Assembly: GCA_046563655.1 (NCBI GenBank) | Contig: CM102286.1 | Location: forward strand, 1,302,001 to 1,366,000 | Source of the DNA: Yuukianura sp. NJ FZ-2021 | Taxonomy: Eukaryota | Direction of reading: 5' to 3' | DNA length: 64,000 bases | In this document: one piece after another, positions 52,401 to 64,000 of the stretch | Layout of the letters: each line of letters opens with the position of its first letter | Position numbering within the stretch: position 1 is the stretch's first letter | Program-made: the position numbers and the translations under genes | Notes under the pieces: model-generated | Databases searched by the model: none | What the model was told of the DNA's origin: nothing | The model's input: only the letters and a program-made list of their open reading frames with translations

Positions 52401-53870
52401 TTGCATATAGTAAGCGACACAATCCAAAAAATGTTTCAAAATTTCAAAATTTACTTGCCTACACAACACTGATGACACAAGTTCGGGTTTTTTGTGACGT
52501 ACTGAGGAAATTTTGAGCAAAAATGTTGCAAGTCTCAACTCGTTTTAAAGAAATCTATAGATTCTTTCTCAACAAATACCTTCAGCGGCCAAATTTTAAC
52601 AGAATTTGAAAAAAAGAAAGTGGGGTAATGTGAGATCATCTTCAAAATTTCCCGCTTTTATCACTTCTCTAACACAAATTTGACAAGTTTTAGTTTTTGT
52701 GTGATATCGGAATTTGTTTTTGAAGAAATCCTAAGACTCTTACCGTAAAATTCCTTCAGCGGTTGGTTTCTACAATTTTTTTTCTATAATTTTGTTTTAT
52801 CGGGGTAATGTGAGATCACCTTCAAAATGGAGTCGCGTGAAACAATTAGCGCGTGAAGCGGGGTGTAGTGATGCATGTAGCTCTCTACGGAGGGGACAAA
52901 ATTGCCATTTTTCCATTTTTGAAATTGACAAAAAAGCGGGAACCCATGTGGAGGGAGCCAAAGTTGAATTTGTAGATGGAATTAAATGATTAAACGAAGT
53001 TTATGTAAGTTGCAGTACTTGAACATGAACTAACATGGACTTTGGGGGAACATTTTTTTTTCAAAATTTCCCTCCATTGTTGAACTTCCAATTGGTTGAG
53101 GGGAGACTTATTTATGAAATGGAAAAAGGGGGGAAATTTGAATGGAGTGCTCAATAAGCGTAATGATGCACAAGGGGAAAGCGTAACGACTTGGCGACAT
53201 TGTCGTTTCAAGTAATGATTCATTCAGGCCCCTCGTCAAGGGCCCTCTGCCACCAAAAGAATAATGGAAAGGGAACCATTATTGGTCACAGCCATAAATG
53301 TCACAAAGGAATAAAAAAAAAAGTTCCTCCAGGAGAGGGAAAATTCAAAATTAACATCAACGCCTAATTTCGGAATTTCGATATCAAGCACCTACTAACC
53401 AAAAGATTGCTTTTAAAACTTGAAAAATGAAGAATGTGAAGAAATGTTAAATCATCAACGTTTTGAATGATTGTAAGAAAGTTATACAAATTTGAATAGA
53501 AAAGTTGAAAATTACGAAAGTTTTTAAAGGAAACTGACAGAAAGCGCCATCTATGAGGTCCTAATCGGCATTCCCACCAATACATACCATTAAAAAGGCG
53601 CTAACTTCGAATTGCCCATCTCTGTAACGATTTTGCAAAATATAATTTTGCAAAAATAACTTTATTTAAAAAATTATAAAATTAAATACTAAATTAAATA
53701 TTTAATTAAAAAATAACTTAATTTAAAAGCTAATCTACAAATCAGATTGAAATTAACAATTTGAATAATTTTATTTTTCTAAAAAAGTTTTTATTCAAAC
53801 TTTAAATATTAAAAGCAAGCCGAGAGGATTAGCCTTTTGTAGAATTTTATTTCTGCTTCTATTACAATGT

Positions 53871-53953
53871 GTTCTGGTGGTGTAGCGGTTATCACACCCG
53901 TCTCACAACTATAAGTTCACGGGAGGTCATGAGTTCGACCCTCATCCAGAACA
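53871..53953 (+). tRNA. tRNA-Val(CAC) with a 10-nt intron (53908-53917)
   Basis: Acceptor stem GTTCTGG/CCAGAAC, Val-type D arm GTGTAGCGGTTATCAC, anticodon stem CCCGT/ACGGG with CT-CAC-A, T arm ATGAG-TTCGACC-CTCAT, discriminator A; 73 nt after removing actataagtt. Confidence 0.88.
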
Positions 53954-53958
53954 TAAAA

Positions 53959-53967
53959 TTTTTTTTT
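53959..53967 (+). terminator. Pol III oligo-T terminator of the tRNA gene
   Basis: T9 run 5 nt after the discriminator base. Confidence 0.75.
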
Positions 53968-54354
53968 ACATAAATTATAATATTTTATAATAATATATTA
54001 ACAAGTTTTTGAATTAATAAACTTGTTTAATTATGAAAAAGAATTATTTACGGCGAGAAATTGAACGCGAAGACAAAAGAGGAAAGAAATTCACAATTTT
54101 GTCTCACGATGCCCCACCACGAGTGCGTTGGCGGGTAACCAAAATTTGAATTTTATTTTTGGACTTGAATCGAATGTTCAATGTTGAGTTGAAGAAGGAA
54201 GCAGATTTTTTTTTTCATTATCAATATCATCCATCCATCACCATCTCCGTCTCCCACGCACTAAATAGTATTCACTGGCTACTAAGAACTTTATTCCAGA
54301 TAAGATTGTCCAAAAATTATTAATTGGTTGGTTGTGGTGTTCATCAAATACAGA

Positions 54355-54936
54355 ATGACAGAAGTTGCTAAAAAGGGGAAAGGGAAGTCACCGGAAGAAC
54401 TTATAGCAGGATTCAATTCTCTTCGGAATGACCAGAGACAAGTTGCTAATAAAATTTATGAATTGGAGAGTGACTTATCTGAGCACAAGTAAGTTAATTA
54501 GTTAGTAGTTTACTATACTATTAGAACGAGACTTTCCCGGGTATGTAACGTAAAGTAATGTCATTTGTTAAGACTTGTGTGAATTCCAGGGTCGTGATTG
54601 ATAATCTGAAAACGGTGCCTGAAGAACGTAAGTGCTACAGGATGATTGGTGGAGTATTAATCGAAAGGACAGTGAAAGAAGTCCTACCAGATCTGGAAAA
54701 TAACATGGAGCAGGTATTGCTAACCTTCAGGCCTTACTAGTAAAAGCTAGATGTTAACTGAAGTGTTTGTAATTTGAGGATTGGTTTGTTGTTAGCTCAA
54801 GAATGCCGTCGAGATGCTAAATAAGAAATTAGTGGAGAAGGGCAAGGAAATTCTGGAGTACAAGGAGAAGCACAACATCAAGTTTCAAGTACCGGATAAA
54901 ATTATGGAAGAAGATGAATTAAAACAGGCGTCTTAA
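54355..54936 (+). CDS. PFDN2: Prefoldin subunit 2 (3 exons)
   Basis: MTEVAKK...FNSLRNDQRQVANKIYELESDLSEHK | VVIDNLKTVPEERKCYRMIGGVLIERTVKEVLP | LKNAVEMLNKKLVEKGKEILEYKEKHNIK...; the RKCYRMxGGVLxERTVKEVLP motif is characteristic. Confidence 0.93.
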
Positions 54937-55037
54937 ACTTTTATCTTCATAATTTTCAAGTGATCTTTTCATTTATAACATTTTTGAATAATTTCATTAA
55001 CATATATAAATTTTTATTTTAATCGTTTTTCAATCTA

Positions 55038-57899
55038 TTAGTCTTCAACGCCTTCTCTTGGATCCACAAAGGACACCAAAATATAGCGAGTTCCATTCGT
55101 AACTTTGAGACCTTCGTGTTTATGCTGTAACAAACAGTTCAATTAGTAATTGACTTAATTGTTTTAATTTCTGTTAAGGACTCACTGTGAATTGTCCAGG
55201 ATGTAGGAATCCCCATCCCAGTCGAGTGTCAGTCACTGAGCAATTGAATCTCGTAAATCTACAACCTCCTCCTTCGAAATCTTTATTTGGAGTATTGAGG
55301 GCAATGTTCAGCGTGTACGTCGATTCATCAAAATGTGGTTTCAGTTCCCGTTGATCCTCCGCCGTATATCGGACTACAAATGCTTGAGTTGTCGTTGGTG
55401 GATAGACTTCGTAGTCTTTGAAAACTTTTTCCTGGAGAGGAGTGATATACAGTCTCAGGAATTCGTGAAACTGTCGATCAAATCCAATTTCGTTCATCTG
55501 AATATCAACAGTGGGGTACAAGTCTCCTCGTGCTTCGATACTTCCGTCAGCCCAATTGCCATTGTTCTCCATTTCTTCAATCATTTCTTTAGCAAATCGC
55601 GGTGTAACAATTGGAAACCAAAAGACATCTCTACAGGGTTCCAGCGGTTCGTAAGTTTCGAGTAAACTCTCGGTATAGTTTGGATGAATATAGCGATTGT
55701 CCCAGTCAAACCGATTGTCAAATATTTGGTATAGCTCGTCATGTAAGTGGCCCATTTCGAAGTTGTCGTTAATCACGAGATGTCCAGGATGGAATTCATT
55801 TGTAACGTGCATGAATAGGCCAAGATCACGGTTGTGTTGAGCAAAAGCCAAGTCTGCATCGGCTAGTCCATTAAGAAACGTTGGTCGGGTGACATTGTCA
55901 GCCAAAACGCTCATTTTTATCAAGTAGGCAGCGTTGACAAACGGAACGTTCCAGATTCCTTTGTGCCGATCTTCAGCAATGTCATCAAAGTCGGAAGATT
56001 TGGCGAAAAATCCATCCGGCGTGAGTGCTCCCCAGAAATTACAGATGTTTGGCAAGAAATCGGTGTTTGTGCATAACATGGGACTGATGATGAATTTGTT
56101 TGATTCAATTAGATTCCGGAGTGTCCCTTCTTCATCCAAATGTGCAGTGCCGTCAACACTGAACCAAAATTCTGCTTTTGTTTCCAGTGCCCACTCAACT
56201 GCTAAAGTTCGTGCTGCCCATTCTTTGATTCTTTCCTTGGATGGAATGTACTTGACACTTCGGTACTCGTCGCGAGTCTTGTCCAGAAACCGGTCAACGT
56301 CCTTCACATTATACCTGCAGGGTTCAATATTTCCCAGTAAATGTTACCATTTCCCATGGCGGTGGGAAATACCGGGAATCGGGCGGGATTTAAATTTTGT
56401 TGGTTCCCTACTTTACTTTTTTCATTTCATATTTCCCACTATTTCCCACTCTCTCAAAAATTCGTGTGTGTGCGTTTCGCAGAACGGCAAATACCGGTAT
56501 TTCCCGCCATATTTCCCTGTATATACCATACTGGAACTCTGCATACCTGTAATGATTGTGCACGAAGAGATGGATTTTGTTTTTGGGGTAATCCAATCCT
56601 TCTATGTTGTCAAAGAACTCTTCCATAAAAGGTGTTGGACGTTCGACGAAGATCGACATGGCGACGACCGGTAGCTGTTCGTCGTCGTCCGGTAGTAGCT
56701 GGATCTTGTCTTCTGGAAGTGTTGGGGTCAAGTAACTTCCGAGTGAGTTGAGATACGTAAGTGAGTTTCCACTTTTACATAAATTGGTTTGAATAATATG
56801 AACTGGAAGTGATGGAGATTTTGTTTTCAATGTAGGAAACAGGAAAACTCCATCTTTACTCAACGTCAAATCCAAGTTGATCTTTGCAGAATCTTCCATA
56901 ATCGTATGAAACAGCACCGATTCAAGATCAAGGCCAACACCATCTTGGTTTCTCTCTTTCTCACCTCCATAGACACTACTGAACAGATCAGCCACCGATT
57001 CATGTTGTGTTGTCGTCGTACTTTTGAAAATTCGAGCCAAATCTTTAACGTAACCAACAAATCCAGCAAAGTTTGCGTACCGCTGAGTTCCGTTTTTATT
57101 GATGCCGGAAATTGCTGAGGAGAGGCATGGAGTGGCATCAGTGGATAGCAGAACTCTGTACTTGGAGAAATACGTTTTGAAAACGTTGATAATTTCTTCT
57201 GGACTGGACAAGACCATGGTGAGGTCATGTTCAACGTAAAGCAAAATGTCACCATCTTGTGCTTCTGCTCCGATTTTCCTAATGGCACTTTTAATTGTTT
57301 CCAATTTAACTACTTCTGGAGGAGATCTGGAAGCAAGGTTTGCTTTAGTTGCTTCGATTATTCGCAGACTCGAACCTTGCTCAAATCCATTGAAAATTGC
57401 TCTTCGAACAAATCGTGTCAGCGATTCGTCAGTATCAACATTTCCCTGGAGCAGAGTCAACAGTGTCAGCGATGGTTCTAGAACATAATAAAAAGCGTTT
57501 TGAAATTATTCACGATTACATGCAAAAACGATTTCATGGTATCACGCATCGTTGCGTCGCATCAAGACCGAGGATTTTTTGAAATTTTGACAAATGGTTT
57601 TAATCTCGACATAAAAATTCAATGGGCACGAAAAAGCAAAAAATCATAATTTTTTTTTTCTGTTTTACAGGTGAATGGACCATGATCCTGAAAACCGGTT
57701 TTCAAGGCCTCCGGGTTTAAAAGACTTAATGCCTTGGATAATCTTTTCGGCTAAAAATGTTTTTTCATTTATGAAATTTTGAACACTTTTTTATTAAAAT
57801 TTTGAAAATTTTGGTTTTCTTACCAGCGATTTCTTCGGAACAATAGACTACACAAGTTAGAAAGGAGTAGAAAAGATGCAAATACGAAAGACTCTTCAT
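55038..57899 (-). CDS. PLOD: Procollagen-lysine 2-oxoglutarate 5-dioxygenase (PLOD/lysyl hydroxylase)-like
   Basis: Signal-peptide exon 57899-57824; exons 57477-56547, 56314-~55184 and ~55125-55038. Motifs PTPFMEEF, LDYPKNKIHLFVHN, NFWGAL, GIWNVPF, PTVDI, PHFDESTYTLNIALN, HKHEGL..TNGTRYILVSFVDP. Confidence 0.9.
56318..56541. mobile_element. 224-bp hAT-like MITE that forms a PLOD intron
   Basis: Imperfect TIR CAGGGTTCAATAT / ATACTGGAACTCTG; 8-bp TSD TATACCTG (56310-56317) and CATACCTG (56542-56549), 7/8 identical; internal atttccc/gggaaat repeats. Confidence 0.8.
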
Positions 57900-58933
57900 G
57901 GTGAGTCACTTTCCGAGACCAATGCACCTCCTCGAATGCTTTGTTCACTGAAAACTGTCTAAAAGAGTAACTTTTTATAGAAATTAATTGAAGACTGTGA
58001 CGATCCTTAACTTCCTGAAACGATTCATGGAAGCGTGAAAACCCAGATTTAAGAATCTCTCTTCCTGATGACTGTAAAATGGCGAATTTGCAAGGGAAAA
58101 GGAATTGTTGTAAAGGTTTTGCTATTGTTGCTCTAGTCGACTTGATCCGCTTCGAGCTATGAAAGAATTCCAAGTCATGAGAAAGATCATCATGATGGCG
58201 TCGTCAGGCATGCAAAATTTTTATCAAACAGTAAGCACTACAAAATGCGAAAACCGAAACAAATCGGGCGAAATTTTAGCAGAACTCTCCATTTTTGTCA
58301 ATTTCGATATTTTTTGATTCTGCGGTGCAAAGAATTTCAAAAAATATTCTTATTGTCACAAGATTTTGAACATAAGCTCTCATCGTTTAGATGAAATCGG
58401 TTAGTTAAGTTAGTTAAATGCGTAATTAACGTTAATTATTTGGTAGTTAAATTAAGGATTAAGTATCTTCCATACACTAAAACTAGTTACTTTGTAATTT
58501 TGTACAGTTTGGCTTATTGACGTTATTGTAATAAGAATTCGAATGCTGCGGCGTACGTTGAGATAACTCACTCAAATGTTTATTCAAAAATCGCGCGAAT
58601 CCGGCTATGACAACGAGAAACAGCTGATGAGGATAAAAACAAACTGTAAGAACGCGAGGAAGGCTCGCCAAGGGCAAACAAACGTAAAGGTAAGCGTTTC
58701 ATTCATTTTGAAATTAAAGTTAATTAACATTCATGTTTATTCATTCCCAGGTTTTCCCGTGATGTAAACGATTGATGTCCAAGGTTTGAAAGGGCTGGGA
58801 TTCGCTGTCCGAGAGTCCAGTCTAACGTTGTGCCATCATCAGTATTCACCTCTCCTGAAAAACTGTGAGTTGATATTAACCGATTATCCGTCTCAACAGT
58901 CATTGATTTGTCCTTTTTCATTTCAAGGAAGCA

Positions 58934-61439
58934 ATGGCGAATACGTGGTGCAATGCAGACAGTCTCAAAATCTACGTCAGCCATACGTTGTCTTCATGGG
59001 GAGATCGTATGTGGGGATTTGCTGTAGGATTGTACCTGATCATCTTGTACCCGACGTCGCTTCAGGTTAATTTCAATTATTAATTGGCTAACGAAATCTA
59101 CTTTAAAATTATATTGACTGTTGCTTCTTAGCTGACTGCCACTTATGGACTTTCAAGCTGTATTTCTGTGATTATATTTGGTGCAACTCTGGGACGATGG
59201 ATTGACAAAACTAAACGAATTACTGGTAAACATTTTCAACTTTAAGTTTGTCGTTGTAGACACGTTTTGCTAAAAAATGGCTCGGTATTGATTTATTTCA
59301 TAGTTGCTCGAGTCGCCGTTGTAGTTCAAAACGTGGCCGTTGTGTCCAGCTCCTTGTGCTTGATCGTCCTTCTTTACTTCAAAACTACTCTTGATCTTCA
59401 TGAGTATTGGTCGCTAAAAGCGGGACTGATAGCATCTGTGATTGTGTTGGCTGTGATTGCTAATCTCGGCTCGGAAGCTAGCAAAATAGCGCTGGAGAAA
59501 GATTGGATCGTTGTTCTTTCTGCAGGGGACGAAATCAAACTTGCCAGTAAGTTGTTAAAGGTAGATTTTTACAACCGAGAGGAATTTTTAGGTTTAAATC
59601 TATTAAACTAATTTAAATCTATTTGTTTAGATATGAATGCGACCATGAGATCAATTGATTTGACAACTTACATTTTGGCCCCCATCTTAGTAGGCCAAAT
59701 TATTTCCTATGTCTCTCAAATCGCTGGCGCGGGTTTTATGGCCTGCTGGAATGTAAGTACCTTAATCACTGAACATTGCATTATGCTCATAAGAAGATGA
59801 AAAATGAAAGTAATTGTTGCAGATTTTGTCTGGATTCTGTGAATATGGGTTGCTTACGCACATCTACAACAGAGTCCCAGAACTATCAAAAAAGAAAGTC
59901 ACGATTGAAATCTCGTCACCTGATTCCGTAACTAAGAAGGAAGAACCAGCTCCAAGTACTCCTATAACCTACATCCGCACAGATAAAGTTGATACTGATC
60001 TGACTTTTGATGAACTCGCTGAAATTTCATTGGCATCTCCCAACACTTCGCTTGGTTCTTGGAATCCATTTATGAACAAAGTTCATCCTCAACTTCCTGC
60101 TCGGAGAGGTTCCAAAAATTGTTGTGTTAAAACGTGGTCTGGACTGAAACAGCGCTGCAAGGAATCGCTGACGGGCTGGAGAGATTACTTTGCTCACCCA
60201 GTTTGCGGTGCTGGAATTGGATTGGCACTTCTCTACATGACTGTCTTGGGGTTTGATTCGGTTACGACCGGTGAGTAAAAACAACACAAGAATTAATATT
60301 ATTTTTGAAAATGACCAATTTCTATGCTAATTAACTTTTCCATTTTTGTGTTCAAGGTTACGCATACTCTCAAGGAGTTAGTGAATCCTTGCTGGGTATT
60401 ATGACAGCAATGGGTGCACTGTTTGGAATCCTTGGAAGCGTGTCCTTTCCATACATTCGCAAGAAACTTGGAAATTGCAAAACGGGTATTCTCGGATTCG
60501 GGCTAGAAACGTACTGCTTAGTATTATGTTTGGTTTCAATCGTTGCTCCTGGATCACCATTTGTTCACAAAAACTTCCTGCTCAAAGAAAATGCTACACT
60601 GCAGGCACCCAACGCATCCAATAACGCAACCAACGACCACCACACGAGTCTCACTCCTTCGGAACTCTGGAGCTCACGCATGTCCGTTGTAATTCTTATG
60701 GCGGGAATCATTTTGGCTCGTTACGGTAACGCAACAAATATTATATTACAGTAGAACCTCTCATTGTGGAACATGCTCTCTAAGTGGCTGGTTTGAGTAT
60801 TTTAGCGGCCGAGATGCTGGACCACCCAAAGCGTTTTGTTTACAAAGGCAATCCCTCTTTTTTTTAAAGTAATTTTTTTCGCAGTCGTCGTCAGGAGATG
60901 CGGAGCTAAAAGTTGCATAATGAGAGGGTTTACTGTAGTTTCAAAAATAAAACCTTTCAGTTTGAAAGTGGTTGTTCTTTTGCAGGCCTTTGGATTGCGG
61001 ATTTAAGTGTTATTCAAATTTTCCAAGAAGAGGTTCCAGAAGACAAGCGCGGTGTGCTGAACGGTGTTCAGGGTTCGCTCAACCAAGGAATGAACTTGCT
61101 CAAATTCATTATCGTCATCATCCTCCCGAATCCTGACACGTTCGCTTACTTGATCTCCCTCTCTTGGATTTTCGTTTTCGCTGGGTAAGTTTCACAAATG
61201 GTTGGATTTTTTTTCAGCAGTACAGTACGCCTAAAATAACTTCCAATTATTGGTCTAATTGAGGTTGTTCCGTTGTTAGATGGATTTCGTTTATCGTATT
61301 TACGTGCAAGTTTGGTCGTCTTCAGAAGGTCAAGGATCGTGAGCAAAATATTCAAATTGAAGTAGCCGGAGTCACGTCCACTGCACTCGTAGGAGTCAAG
61401 GATGACGTAGACAATAACAACAGAATGAATAACAATTGA
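58934..61439 (+). CDS. SLC40A1: Ferroportin (SLC40A1) iron exporter, multi-exon
   Basis: [65 protein letters not shown] and [12 protein letters not shown] are ferroportin hallmarks; first in-frame stop TGA at 61437-61439. Confidence 0.93.
60749..60935. mobile_element. Tc1/mariner (pogo-like) MITE in a ferroportin intron
   Basis: TIR CAGTAGAACCTCTCATT / AATGAGAGGGTTTACTG with TA on both flanks. Confidence 0.8.
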
Positions 61440-61783
61440 ACAAACTCCGCAGCATCAAGTGCTACACAACCAATAGGAATCGCTACTAGTCGCTTGGTAA
61501 TCTCAAGTAATGTGAGTAGTAATGGTGCCATCCATCATCTCCATCCAAATTAGTATTGTGAAACTGGTATGTTCTAGTTCCTCGTGCTTTACGTTTAAAA
61601 TTCTGAATTATTCCAACAGTTATTATTGTGATCTCAATTATGAGATTGTTTTTTTTTTCAATACGAGTAAAAATATTTATTGTTTATTATTCTTTGTTTA
61701 GTTAAAGAATAGTACAAGTTGTACTATTTCAGAACTTTTTATTTCTGTTGTGAAACAATTTTGAATTTGCAGGTCCAAGGATA

Positions 61784-64000
61784 CTAAAAAACTACAACTT
61801 TAGTTTGTCTCTGAAGATATTTGACTTCCACTGAAGCTTTTTCGAACAAAAAGTGTAAAATTGAAATCGTGATACAAAAAACGTACACAACAAATGAAAC
61901 GGTTACTTTGGATTTTAAAGTTAGCGGTTTAGGGTCAAGCCAACTTTGGAAATTTGATGTTTTTCTAATCCAGACCATATCTTTCAAAAAGTTTGAAAAT
62001 GTTTCATTTTGACTAAATTTTGAAAAAACGCCAGACTCAACAAACGCTTTCACTTTTTGTACAAGTAGTGAACTAATACTTGTTACGCCAACTATGTGAA
62101 ATCCCGTCATTTCGTTGGCCAAAACCGCAGTGACGTCATCAACCCCATACAAATCAGCGCCATCAACTGAAAATTTACTTCGTATGAGCAGTGACCTCAC
62201 TTCTTCTGCTGGTCCAACGTAAATTGCATTTTCATTTAAAATTTTTGAGGTCACTGTTCCAGCGCAGTGGCATGGTAATGGTTCCGCTGACGAAATCATT
62301 TGAAAATTTAGTTTCTCACTTTTAGATTTCGGCATGAAAAAAGTTGCCAAATTTTTACGCCCTTGGGCCTCAGTCATCATAGACAAAAAAGTAATGAATT
62401 TATGTGACATTTGGCCCATTAAGTACCGACCAAAATATAACTGGGTAAATTCAAAATCGCTTGATTTCCGTTGCCATGGAAACCCTTTAAGGTGATAATA
62501 ACCACCCTTTTGTGCATGAATCCTTTGAAACATTTGACCAAAAGTATTTTCGCCGGTGCAGAATTGTTTGTGGAATGACTCTCTCACTCGGTCATAGTAG
62601 TAAAGCGTGTAGTTTTTGTCCAACGCTTCTTCTAAATTTGAAATTCCACTTGGCGTCAATGGTTTCATTAGAGACATAACTGCAAGACCTTTGTAACTAT
62701 TGGTCAATACAATTCCCGCCAAAAATATTACACAAATGAAGTAACGCACTCTATCGTTTGACAACTTGTTTGAATAGGAGCAATTTTGTTCTATAAAGAT
62801 TTCAAAAACTAAAATTGTTGCGGAATCTTGAAATTTTTTAAACTGAAATACTTTGTGTAGAGCAGCTGTAAGTAAAAGTGTGACTAGGATGAGTGTGACC
62901 CAAGCAAATGTTTGAAATGGACACAAGTAGTCCCGTAGAGTGTGCAAATATGCGAATTCCAGTCCAGAAGATGTCACTACCAGCATAGTTGAATGTGTCG
63001 TAGGTTGGTAGTAAGTGTTAGTTCCGGCGTTACGGCGCAAGGTCAGTGGTATCGGGTACATGATTGTAATTTGTGCCAGACGCCTTGCTCTCGTGCTGTT
63101 GCCTATTCTGTCATGCGATTGAACAGACTTCAAACATTCTCCTTTTCCTACCAGGAAACTTTTCAAACCTGTTTCGAATTTGTGGATATGGGAATTTCCG
63201 AAAGTATGACAAAAGTCGTTCATATGCCACCGCTCACGTTGTTCAATTGTCAACACTAAAAATTAAACGTATGAATTTGTGAAAAAAGAAACATGAAAAT
63301 GTGTATTTTTGAGTAACTTACGCTGGTGTTTTTGTAGTGTTCTCCACTTGAATAAATTTCCTTTATATATCAAGTAGTACAGATTTATACAACTGGATTC
63401 AAAACTCAAATTTTTGTTCAATTGGACAACTGCGACTGCTTGAAAATTTACGACAGTATACCTCGTCTCAGTATTTCTCCACTTTCGTATTGTAACCACT
63501 TCACCTAGTTTTTGATTCGTTAAAATTTGAACAAACGTGCGTGCAGGATAAAATGAAACCTGAAAATCGAACGAGGTGATGTTTGTTTTTTCCACTGTTC
63601 CGTTTCGTAATTTTCTGGAATATTGAATTTGACTCATGGAACGATACCGGTTCCAAAATTTGTAAATGTACAAAAAAGCGTCTTCTAACAAGTTGTCACT
63701 TGGTGGTAGCAGTTGAACAACAGCTAAGCAATTCACACCTCGCAGATGAAAATTTGAACGCACGCGCGGACAAATGCCGTAGTCGGGATCAACGCCCTCT
63801 GCAATTTCTGTGCTTAATAAGTTGCAATCTCTGTCGGTGTAATTTCGGACGAACTCTGGTGATGAAATTGACATAGGAAAAGAAGAAACGAAGAAATTTA
63901 AATTTGGCTCGTGCAGAACGGCGTTAATGTAACAGTTTCCGAAGCTTTGAAGATAAGGTTCAAACTTTAAACTTTGACCTTTTACTTTCCATGTTCCAAT
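61784..64000 (-). CDS. Divergent ionotropic receptor (IR/iGluR-like) membrane protein, 5' truncated by window
   Basis: Frame open from the window end to a donor at 63321; intron 63256-63321; long exon with YLCPFQTFAW (pre-M1/M1), IFIEQ (M2), GIVLTNSYKG (M3), FVESGVF and PKPLTL followed by M4. Confidence 0.7.

Noticed and set aside
52575..52830. Duplicated ggggtaatgtgagatca.cttcaaaat motif ~180 bp apart
   Set aside because: Only two diverged copies; looks like an old local duplication with no further structure.
55333..56674. Long plus-strand ORFs (110 and 246 aa) opposite PLOD
   Set aside because: Antisense shadow frames of a well-supported coding gene; no recognisable motifs.
58560..58933. 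Iron-responsive element in the ferroportin 5' region
   Set aside because: No CAGUGN loop on a stem with a bulged C was found by eye.
63256..63321. Apparent frameshift between the 203-aa and 490-aa IR ORFs
   Set aside because: Explained by a canonical 66-nt phase-1 intron (GTAAGT...TTTAG).

Overview
Eukaryotic, AT-rich, intron-containing arthropod DNA. The short introns, (TTAGG)n fragments, F-box/LRR gene and divergent ionotropic-receptor-like gene suggest a basal hexapod such as a springtail (inference). Left to right: 3' end of eIF2B-beta; a GPAT1-like acyltransferase (-); an 8-kb cluster of non-autonomous DNA transposons with readable TSDs (5-, 8- and 9-bp and TTAA/TA types), including a nested foldback element that disrupts an F-box/LRR gene and carries a 5S-rRNA-like structured island; an intronless Cys-rich gene of possibly foreign origin; MED30; optix/Six3-6 with an antisense TRAF-type zinc-finger gene in its 9.7-kb intron; a ~22-kb gene desert; an intron-containing tRNA-Val(CAC); prefoldin 2; a PLOD-like lysyl hydroxylase; ferroportin; and a divergent IR-like gene running off the window. 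Best leads: (1) a PLOD intron that is exactly one hAT-like MITE plus one copy of its CAG|GT-containing TSD (introner-type intron gain); (2) a tRNA-Val(CAC) with a 10-nt canonical-position intron; (3) the 5S-like RNA cargo in the foldback transposon. All calls come from reading the sequence by eye; no searches were run.
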